Shown: piece by piece, positions 35,988 through 44,035 of the stretch
Position numbering within the stretch: position 1 is the stretch's first letter
Layout of the letters: each line of letters begins with the position of its first letter
Position numbers and translations under genes: made by a program
Assembly: GCA_963702235.1 (NCBI GenBank)
Contig: CAVPBZ010000018.1
Location: 1,198,466-1,262,465 of the forward strand
Origin: an uncultured Actinomycetes bacterium
Lineage (GTDB): Bacteria; Actinomycetota; Actinomycetes; Streptosporangiales; Streptosporangiaceae
DNA: 64,000 nt
Direction: 5' to 3'
Notes under the pieces: model-generated
Databases searched by the model: none
The model's input: only the letters and a program-made list of their open reading frames with translations
What the model was told of the DNA's origin: nothing

Positions 35988-38183
35988 ATGACCGTGGGGC
36001 CTTCCCGAGCGGAAGAGGCGCCGTTCCCTCGACCCGGGAGATCTTCCCGACACCTTTGGGACGTCTTTCCTAATCAGCCCGATTCACCCTGGGGCATGAT
36101 TGTGCTTGTGGTCATCGCCGACGACGACACGCAGGGTGCGGGAACTCGCCACGACCAGGCTCGTCAAAGTTGGTTGCGAGTTGCGGCATGGGGTGTGCTG
36201 TTGGTGACGGAGTTGGCGGTCGTGGCCACGGTGTTCGCGTTGATCGGGTCCGGTCTGCCGTGGCGGTTCCTGTTCACGAGCTACCCAGTCACCAACGCCT
36301 GGCTGGCGGGGACGTTTGCCCCTTTCGGCGCCTTGGTCGCTCTGCGGCGGCCTCGGCTCCTGATCGGTTGGTTCATCTGCGGATTCGCGCTTTGTTACGG
36401 CCTGTCAGCCGCCGGGATCGCCTTCTCGCTGTGGCAGGCCACGGCTGGGGGCCCCAACCATTGGACATCGGTCGTGGGGTGGATCGGGATCTCGGTTTGG
36501 ACGCCGGCGATCGCCGTGTTCTTCCCGCTGATTGTGCTGCTGTTCCCCGACGGGCGCCTCGCGAGCCGAAGCATCCGGCGGCTGGCAACCATCGCCGCTA
36601 TCGACGGTGTCGTGTGGTGTGTGTTGTCGGCTCTCGACGCCAGCTCGCCGGGGACGGTTCCCTTCATCAAGTACGCGCCGATACACCTACCGAGTTCCTT
36701 GGCGCATTTCGTCCACACCGTCGGCCGGTTCGATAACTCGGTCCCCAACTGGACTGCCGTCGCTTGTCTAGCAGTGCTCTTCTGGCGGTGGCACCGCTCC
36801 TCCGGAGACTCTCGGGCGCAATTGTCCTGGCTGCTTGTTGGCGCCGCCCTGGCGGTCGCGTTGTTCGCCCCGACCGGGGCCGGCGTGGACACACTGTGGA
36901 GCACGTCGTTGATTCTTGGGGTGCTGGTGTTCCCGATCAGCGCGTCGATAGCGGTTTTGCGCCACCAGCTGCTCGGTATAGACATCGTCATAAACCGAAC
37001 GTTGATGTACGCGGCGCTCACCGGGATTCTGCTCGGTTGCTTCCTGGCTGTGGTCGAACTAGCGGGGCTCGTCGCTGGCCGCAACCCGGGTCTCGTCGGT
37101 TCGCTGCCGGCCGCCGCTGTAGTGGCGATCGCTTTCGCTCCGGCCAGGCAATTTCTGCAGCGGCGGATGGACACGATGCTTTTCGGGTTTCGGCGAGACC
37201 CAGCTCAGGCTCTTCGCCGCGTCGCCTCGCAACTCACCTCGAATGCCGACGACGAGCTGGGCGCTTCGCTGCGCGCCGTCAGCGAAAGCCTCCGTCTCCC
37301 CGACCTGCTCCTGGTCAGCGACGGCCGGCGCATCGGGTCGCCGACCTTCCGGACCGACGGCGCCACGCAAATCCCGCTCAAGTTCGGTGCCCACCCTGTA
37401 GGTGAGCTCTGGGTCCGCCCCCGCCGCGGGCAGTCCGAGCTCGACAGCAGTGACATCGCCGCGTTGGAGTTGATCGCCGTGCCGATCGCAGCTGCAGTCC
37501 ATGCCATACGCCTAAGCGAGCAGCTCCAACAGTCCCGTCGGCAATTGATCGACGCCCAGGCCGAAGAACGCCGCCGCCTTCACCGCGACCTCCACGATGG
37601 GCTGGGACCCGCCCTGACGGCGATCGCTTTGCGCGCCGACGCCGCCGGCAATGTCTCGCTGACCGACCCGACCAAGTCCAAATCACTCATAACAGAACTG
37701 GCCGACCAAACCCGCCAAGCGATCAGCGAAGTGCGACGCATCGCCCACGATCTCGGTCCCCAGAGTCTCGAAAGCCTCAACCTTCTCGAGGCCCTCAATC
37801 GTCAAGCCGCCAGCTTCGCCAGCCGGCTCGGGGGTGGCACGTTGATCGTGACCACAAATCTCCCAGACGTGCTGCCTGCGATGCCTGTCAACATGCGGAA
37901 CGCGGCCTTTCGCATCGTGACAGAGGCCTTGAACAACATCGCCCGCCACTCCAACGCCACGGCGGCTGTCATCCGGATTCAATGCGGCCCGTCACTCGTG
38001 CTTGAAGTTTGCGATAACGGCACTTCCCTGAGTGGAAGCTGGGATCAGGGGTTCGGCCTCACCAGTATGCGCGAGAGAGCGATCAGCATCGGAGCGACAT
38101 TCTGCGCCGGGCCCACACCCAGCGGCGGGCGCATTCACGTCGAATTCCCGCTGCCGATCCCGGCCCGGATGGGGCGAAGTTGA
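35988..38183 (+). CDS. polytopic membrane sensor histidine kinase (HisKA_3 + HATPase_c)
   Basis: N-terminal ~350 aa form many TM helices. H-box EERRRLHRDLHDGLGPAL, with an ATPase domain at the C-terminus. The start is uncertain (35937, 35988 or 36096). Confidence 0.8.
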   Translation: MTVGPSRAEEAPFPRPGRSSRHLWDVFPNQPDSPWGMIVLVVIADDDTQGAGTRHDQARQSWLRVAAWGVLLVTELAVVATVFALIGSGLPWRFLFTSYPVTNAWLAGTFAPFGALVALRRPRLLIGWFICGFALCYGLSAAGIAFSLWQATAGGPNHWTSVVGWIGISVWTPAIAVFFPLIVLLFPDGRLASRSIRRLATIAAIDGVVWCVLSALDASSPGTVPFIKYAPIHLPSSLAHFVHTVGRFDNSVPNWTAVACLAVLFWRWHRSSGDSRAQLSWLLVGAALAVALFAPTGAGVDTLWSTSLILGVLVFPISASIAVLRHQLLGIDIVINRTLMYAALTGILLGCFLAVVELAGLVAGRNPGLVGSLPAAAVVAIAFAPARQFLQRRMDTMLFGFRRDPAQALRRVASQLTSNADDELGASLRAVSESLRLPDLLLVSDGRRIGSPTFRTDGATQIPLKFGAHPVGELWVRPRRGQSELDSSDIAALELIAVPIAAAVHAIRLSEQLQQSRRQLIDAQAEERRRLHRDLHDGLGPALTAIALRADAAGNVSLTDPTKSKSLITELADQTRQAISEVRRIAHDLGPQSLESLNLLEALNRQAASFASRLGGGTLIVTTNLPDVLPAMPVNMRNAAFRIVTEALNNIARHSNATAAVIRIQCGPSLVLEVCDNGTSLSGSWDQGFGLTSMRERAISIGATFCAGPTPSGGRIHVEFPLPIPARMGRS

Positions 38184-38855
38184 TCACACTGCTAATCGTC
38201 GACGACCACCCCGTAGTCAGAGACGGCCTCGCCGCTCTGATCGACACGGTCGAGGGCATGACCGTTGTCGGCGAGGCCGACACCACCGACAGCGCCATCG
38301 AAGCGGCCCGCGCCCACAAACCACATGTCGTCCTAATGGACCTCCACCTGGCGGGCAGCAGCGGATTGGATGCGACCGAGCGAATCACCCAACTGCTCCC
38401 CGACACCGCCGTACTGGTGCTGACCATGTCCGAGGACGACGAGTCCATCCACGCCGCACTTCAAGCTGGAGCCCGCGGCTACCTGCTCAAAGGAGCCCAT
38501 CAGGAGGAGATCATTCGAGCGATTCACACCGTGGCGTCAGGTGGAGCGACGTTCGCCCCCGTCGCCGCCCGCCACGTCCTGACTCATGCCAAAGACGCCC
38601 CCGGCGTCCCAGCAGAATCCCTTTCCGGACCTGACCACCCGGGAACGCGAAGTACTCGACCTCCTCGGTCAAGGGTTGCGCAACCACGTGATCGCCCAAC
38701 GCCTAGGCATCAGCCAGAAGACCGTCGCCAACCACTTGTCGTCGATCTTCGTGAAGCTTCAAGTCGAGGACCGCACCCAAGCGGTCATCAAGGCCCGACA
38801 GGCAGGCACAGGACCTGCTCGTAGCCGCAATGTACATCGCCAGGATCGTCCGTGA
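38180..38855 (+). pseudogene. NarL/LuxR-family response regulator, frameshifted as sequenced
   Basis: The REC domain (LLIVDDHPVVRDGL...VVLMDLHL) is in the frame of 38180. The LuxR HTH (LTTREREVLDLLGQGLRNHVIAQRLGISQKTVANHL) is in the frame of 38586. The switch lies around the C5 run at 38598-38602. Confidence 0.8.
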
Positions 38856-39045
38856 CTGAAACTCAAGAACGACCCAACAAACGTGTTCCGGCCGTCCCCG
38901 TCCCGAGGTGGAGCACGACCGGCAACAGAGCATTTGAACATCGGTGCCGGGCTCAGTCCGGCGGGACGCGGTCAGAGGCCGATGCCCGGCCCGCGATCGT
39001 CAGGATGAACGCCGTCAACGCGTCTCACGTCGTTTCAGGTCAGCG

Positions 39046-39100
39046 TGGCGGAGGATGCGAGATTCGAACTCGCGAGGGCTTGCACCCAACACGCTTCCCA
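39046..39100 (-). other. tRNA 3'-half-like fragment (possible att remnant)
   Basis: Reverse strand reads ...GCGAG TTCGAAT CTCGC ATCCTCC G CCA, a perfect T-arm, acceptor 3' strand and CCA. No complementary GGAGGAT 5' acceptor strand occurs within 95 nt upstream. Confidence 0.5.
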
Positions 39101-39267
39101 ACACTGCTGGCCGCTGTTCGCCGGGAGCCGCCACCGTTCGTGACCTGCCCGAACGTCGTCCGCATGGCTGTCGGTGAACGGCGCCGGACGGGGGTGAATG
39201 AGCCACAAACTGAGCCAAGACCCAGGCGCGCGGCCTGGCGCGCCGTTGGGTTGCCGGGTGGTGGCCG

Positions 39268-39620
39268 GTGAGCGTGGAGGCGATCTCGTGGGCGCTCAAC
39301 CGGGCACCGGTCCCGGCCGATCACGGCGGGCAGCCGTCGAGCGCGTGCAAGTACGTGCTGGTCGGCCTGGCCAACCACGCCGGACCGGACGGCACCGGCG
39401 CGTTCCCGTCGGCGGCCACACTGGTGCTACACGGGCCTGTCCGAGCGCACCGTGCGTACCTGCCTGGACCGACTGCAAGCCGCAGGCATCATCTCGCCCT
39501 GCGATCCGGACATCGTCGCGGCGCGGATCAAACGGGCCGACCGGCGGTCCCATGGCTGGGACCTGAACGTCGGCATGGTTCGCGATGACGACATCGCGGT
39601 AGGAGAGCATCATGTCCCCG
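39268..39620 (+). pseudogene. AICE/phage-type helix-turn-helix protein, frameshifted
   Basis: MSVEAISWALNRAPVPADHGGQPSSACKYVLVGLANHAGPDGTGAFPSAATLV continues in another frame as YTGLSERTVRTCLDRLQAAGIISPCDPDIVAARIKRADRRSHGWDLN. The break is near 39427. Confidence 0.6.
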
Positions 39621-40063
39621 GCGTTGCCGCCAGGCTCGCGACCGCGGCGCAGCCGGGCACCGATGACCACGCCGTCGGGGTGCAACCACTCATCGGCTTC
39701 GTAACATCCACTCCGCCGCCCGCATCGATCTGGCGAACCGTAGGAAGTAGCGGAGCGATCCGCGTCGTCACCCGCCCATGCCGCGCAGAACGCCCAGATC
39801 GGCAGGCCCAGCAGCTTGGTCTAACTCCGGCCGACACCCGCGCAGGCGGGTCGGCGCGCGGTTAATAGGAGCTATTCGCACCGTGGGCAATCCCGGCTAC
39901 GGCCGAGCAGGCATGCGGCCAGGCCGTATATTTATGCAGCGCCGCTCTTGGCGCGACCGCACTGTTCTGCCGCTGCGGTGTCGGCACCCGGCTCTGCTGG
40001 CCTCGATGCGAGCGCGTTCGCGTGGGCCTGCCGTGGGAGCATGAGGGAGGGAACTGATCTGGT

Positions 40064-40624
40064 TCAGAATAGGTGGCCGAGCAGGTCAACGTCACCGTCG
40101 GGCCAGCGCCGTCCGGTCAGGGGTTTGACCATGAGGGCGCCGGGGTCCAGCCGCCGGGCCAGGCCGATGGTGGTGTGGTTGTCGATCTTCACCCATGAGC
40201 AGCGGTTTGCGGCCCGGACCCACCCGTGGCGGGCGTAAAGCCTGCTGTCGTCGGCGAACAACAGGATGAAAGACACCCCGCAGGCCCGCGCATAGCCGGT
40301 CACCTCCTCCAGCAGCCTGCTGGCCAGGCCGCGGGACCGCTCGTGCTGGTGCACGCACAAGTTGACGATTCCGAACGTCTGCAGGATGTTGCTACCGGCC
40401 CGGATGACGCGGAACTCCACGCCCGCCTGGCCGCTGATGGCTCCGCCGGGCGCCATCGCCAGGTAACGGAAATGCGGGGGAAGCTTGAAGTAGCTGCGGC
40501 CCGGGTACCCCGGGAAACACGCTTGCAAGAGCGACTGCAGTTGCCCGCTGAGATTCTGGCTGATCTCAGCCTCCGCCACCCGGACAATGCTGATCGCCTC
40601 GCTGGCGCCTGGTTCCCCGCCCAT
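40064..40624 (-). CDS. GNAT-family N-acyltransferase
   Basis: IVNLCVHQHERSRGLASRLLEEV, a GNAT motif-A-like block, followed by LYARHGW. Confidence 0.65.
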   Translation of the reverse strand: MGGEPGASEAISIVRVAEAEISQNLSGQLQSLLQACFPGYPGRSYFKLPPHFRYLAMAPGGAISGQAGVEFRVIRAGSNILQTFGIVNLCVHQHERSRGLASRLLEEVTGYARACGVSFILLFADDSRLYARHGWVRAANRCSWVKIDNHTTIGLARRLDPGALMVKPLTGRRWPDGDVDLLGHLF

Positions 40625-41376
40625 GCCGGGAACTCTAGCGCGACGAGCGCAAACACCCGGACCTGGCGATCTGGCGGCCTGTTACCGGGTGCAGCGCCAG
40701 CCGCCGCCAGCGCCCACCTAGTGACGGCAAATCCGAGCCGAATTTCTCAACCGCCGAAACGCGTGAGCAGTCAAACGGCAGGCGAAAGTCCTTGAGAAGA
40801 TCGAGCGCGTCGGCCACTTTCGTCAACAGGTGTCCAGTTCGTTGTCAGCCATTGTTTTGTTACGGCCGGACAATCTTGGGCCTCAACACGGCGATCGGCG
40901 GCCGCCGCCCGCATAGACATGCCAGATCACCGCCAACTTCGAGACATCCGCACATCATGCCGCGCAGTGGTCACTGGCCTCTGCGCAAAGTGCTCGCCCC
41001 CATGGCACCACGAAAGCTCCCGCGGCCCGGGCACTGGGCCGGATCGAAGTGGCAGGTGTACATCTGCGCCTGTGAGGTGCCGGGCGGCGGCCCCCGAGCA
41101 CCGGGAGCAGATCGCCCGCGAGCTCACCGTCATCTGCCGCCCGCGCTGCAACGCCGAGCAATTCGACCGGGCCCGGAGGGACGAGCGGATGGGCGGCTCC
41201 GCCCGGCGCCCCCGGCCGGAGATCAGTTGCAGGCCGGGGAGTCCGGAGCGGGTCCGTAGTGGATCCGTGGCGGATCCGTGGCCAGCACGGATGGCAGGAC
41301 CATGGCGGAACGGCAGGCTGTGGGTGGTTCGCGATCACATATCAACTCGCGGTCAGAGGAAGTAGAGGAACCTGTC

Positions 41377-43338
41377 ATGAGGAAGCGGTCCCACGGGGTC
41401 CGGCGTTTGGTAGCCGCCCTCACTGTCACTTTGGCCGGCGGCGTGGGCGCCTTCGGCCTGGCGTCCACCGCGGCGGACGCCGCCACGACGGCAAGCTTCA
41501 CGGTTCCGGCGTGCACGACCCAGGACTGGACGGTCCCCTCCGGGGTCACGGCGGCGGTCTTCGACGTCTATGGTGCCGTCGGCGGTGAGTTCACCTCGGC
41601 CAGCGGGGATACGCTCGGGGGGTCTGGTGGCCATGTCCAGGCCGCGCTGGCGGTCTCACCTGGGCAGGTGCTGACGATCGCCACCGGGGGCCAGGGTGGC
41701 AGCACCGGCCAGCAGACCGGGTCTTCCACGAGTCCTGGCGGGTCGGGCGGCTGCAACGGCGGCGGCGCTGGCGGGGCTGGTCAGGGCTCCAGCAGCCCTG
41801 GCACCGCCACGTTCCCGGGTGCCGGGGGTGGCGGGGAGTCGCAGGTGTCCTACAGCGGCGCCGCTGCTCCGCTGCTGGTAGCGGCCGGTGGCGGGGGGGC
41901 GAGCTTCCTGGGCGCTGGCGGCGAGGGCGGCCCGCAGACCGGCGGGCCGGGCAGCGCGAATGCGATCTATGCCAGAGCCGCCACCGGGGGCAGCCAGACC
42001 GCTGGCGGGCAGCCCGGCTGGGACGGCGTTTCGGGGACCCTGACCACCGAAGGTGCCACCGCCGGCAGCGCCGGGGCGGGCGGCGCGGGCGGTTCCCAGG
42101 CCGCCAACTACTTCGCCGGCGGCACGGGCGGCGGCGGGGGCGGCGCGGGCTGGTACGGCGGCGGCGGCGGCGCCATCGACAGCGGCGCGGGCGGCTCCAA
42201 CTACATCTCACCGGACGCCTTCGGCGGCGTGTCCGACGGCGGGGTCAACTTTGGCCAGGGGTATGTGACCGTCACCTACGGCGCCGCCGACTTCCCCGCC
42301 TTCACCGGCAGCCCGCCCGACGGCACGGCAGGGCAGGCCTACTCCTACCAGTTCCAGAGCACCAGCTGGCCCGCGCCCCAGTACGCCACCGACCAGAGCG
42401 CACTGCCGCCGGGATTGACCCTGTCGGCCGGCGGGCTGCTGTCGGGCACCCCCACCACGCCCGGCAGCTACACAATCGGCGTCGCCGCCTACAACCCGGC
42501 CGGCGCCAACAACCAGCAGGTCACCATGAACATCAACGCCGCGCCGCAGGTGACCACCCAGCCGTCGGGCCAGACGGTCACCAGCGGCCAGCCGGTCACC
42601 TTCAGCGCGGCGGCCAGCGGCTACCCTGCCCCCAGCGTCCAGTGGCAGGTCAGCAGCGACGGCGGCAGCACCTGGTCCAACGTGCCCGGCGCCACCTCCG
42701 CCAGCCTCAACTTCACCGCCACCCCAGCCGACAACGGCACCTCCTACCGGGCGGTATTCACCAACACCGCAGGCAGCGCCACCACCGCGGCCGCCTCGCT
42801 GACGGTGACATCCGCCACCCCGACACTGTCCGATTCACCGGCTGCTGGCCGCGTCGGCGCGAAAGTGACCCTGTCCGGGCAGGGCTTCCAGCCCTCCTCA
42901 AACATCAGCATCCGGCTCGACTCTGCCACCGGGAAGCTGCTCGCCACGCCCACCGCCGGCACCACCGGCGCCATCTCAGCACAGTTCACGTTCCCGGCGG
43001 CAACGTCCGGCGCGCACACCCTGGTCGCGGTGGCAGGCGGCACTGTGGCCGCACAGATCACCTTCACCGTCAAGCCGCACCTGGCCGTGTCACCCCCGAC
43101 AGCCGCGCCAGGAGCCGCCGTCAAAGCCAAAATCACCGGGTTCCAGGCCACCCAGCCGGTGACCCTGCGGCTGGCCTCGGCCACCGGCATCAAGCTGGCA
43201 GCACTCACCACGAACACCGCCGGCAGCGGCACCGCCACGGTCACCATCCCGGCCACGACCACAGCCGGCACCTACAAGGTCTACGCCATCGGTCACGGCG
43301 GGAAGCCAGCCGTCACGGCAACAATCACCGTCTCCTGA
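41377..43338 (+). CDS. secreted multidomain protein: glycine-rich (ALK/LTK-GRD-like) domain + Ig-like domains
   Basis: Signal MRKRSHGVRRLVAALTVTLAGGVGAFGLASTAADA. Next comes WTVPSGVTAAVFDVYGAVGG...GGSGGHVQAALAVSPGQVLTIATGGQGG and long poly-Gly segments ending GYVTVTY. These are followed by PPGLTLSAGGLLSGTPTTPGSYTI, an I-set-like domain and two GxxVTLSGQGF-type domains. Confidence 0.8.
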   Translation: MRKRSHGVRRLVAALTVTLAGGVGAFGLASTAADAATTASFTVPACTTQDWTVPSGVTAAVFDVYGAVGGEFTSASGDTLGGSGGHVQAALAVSPGQVLTIATGGQGGSTGQQTGSSTSPGGSGGCNGGGAGGAGQGSSSPGTATFPGAGGGGESQVSYSGAAAPLLVAAGGGGASFLGAGGEGGPQTGGPGSANAIYARAATGGSQTAGGQPGWDGVSGTLTTEGATAGSAGAGGAGGSQAANYFAGGTGGGGGGAGWYGGGGGAIDSGAGGSNYISPDAFGGVSDGGVNFGQGYVTVTYGAADFPAFTGSPPDGTAGQAYSYQFQSTSWPAPQYATDQSALPPGLTLSAGGLLSGTPTTPGSYTIGVAAYNPAGANNQQVTMNINAAPQVTTQPSGQTVTSGQPVTFSAAASGYPAPSVQWQVSSDGGSTWSNVPGATSASLNFTATPADNGTSYRAVFTNTAGSATTAAASLTVTSATPTLSDSPAAGRVGAKVTLSGQGFQPSSNISIRLDSATGKLLATPTAGTTGAISAQFTFPAATSGAHTLVAVAGGTVAAQITFTVKPHLAVSPPTAAPGAAVKAKITGFQATQPVTLRLASATGIKLAALTTNTAGSGTATVTIPATTTAGTYKVYAIGHGGKPAVTATITVS

Positions 43339-43363
43339 CGAGACAGCCGAGTAAAGAGCAGGC

Positions 43364-43397
43364 CAAACGGGACGGTCGCCTAAGACCGTCCCGTTTG
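43364..43397 (+). terminator. perfect 14-bp hairpin after the glycine-rich protein gene
   Basis: caaacgggacggtc-gcctaa-gaccgtcccgtttg. Confidence 0.7.
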
Positions 43398-44035
43398 CGC
43401 TGCCGGAGTTCAACCGGATCCGCCACAAGACCCAGGCGCCGCACAAACCGGACGCCGGTAACGCCATCCCATCACGCGGAATGAAATCCTCGGGACTTCA
43501 CAGGGCGCGGCGCGGCTTGTGCGGACGCTGGCAGGTCGAACAGAACGCCAGTCCGGAACCCAAAGTGAGCCCTCGCTGATGGTCGGCCCGCCAGGGTTGA
43601 GATAACCGGCGGGAGTGTGCGCGCCTCGACCGCGGCGCCGAAGACGATCGTGGTCCGGAAGGCCGACCCCGGCGCACTGACCGAGATGCGAATGGTACTC
43701 CGGCTTGATCTTCTTGCGGGTCAACGTGCATATGTATGCGTCGTCGCCGAGGACCTCGAATGTCCGGTCATGCCGCGCCTGGTGCAGGTTGGTGGTGCTT
43801 GGCCGGGCCGGCAGTTGGGACTGGTGTCTTGACGTGTGCCTGTCGGTGCCGGGCCGTCGTGGCGCTCGCTTTTCCACGGCGGGCTCCGGCTGGGCCTGTG
43901 GCCACGGGTAGCGGCGCTACCACCCGGGGGTGCGACAGGCCGTGGCCGGTCCGGTGCTCAGAACCGGTAACTGGAGGGCTGGGGGGTGGATAGCACCATC
44001 GCGGCGGGGATGCCTGCATCCTTGACCGCGGGCGG

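Noticed and set aside
39046-39135. Possible complete tRNA gene (Ser or Pro-like) on the minus strand.
   Set aside because: Only the T-arm, the 3' acceptor strand and CCA fold. No 5' acceptor strand (GGAGGAT) and no convincing D-arm or anticodon stem is present within 95 nt. I treat it as a 3' fragment.
43498-43760. Minus-strand fragment ...LTRKKIKPEYHSHLGQ... followed in other frames by ...FRTTIVFGAAVE... and ...AHFGFRTG, faintly reminiscent of a type-B ribosomal protein L31 (KK.IHPEYH ... SHPFYTG).
   Set aside because: The similarity rests on two short motifs spread over three frames, which is too weak to call. It is reported only as a degraded, slightly lower-GC stretch.
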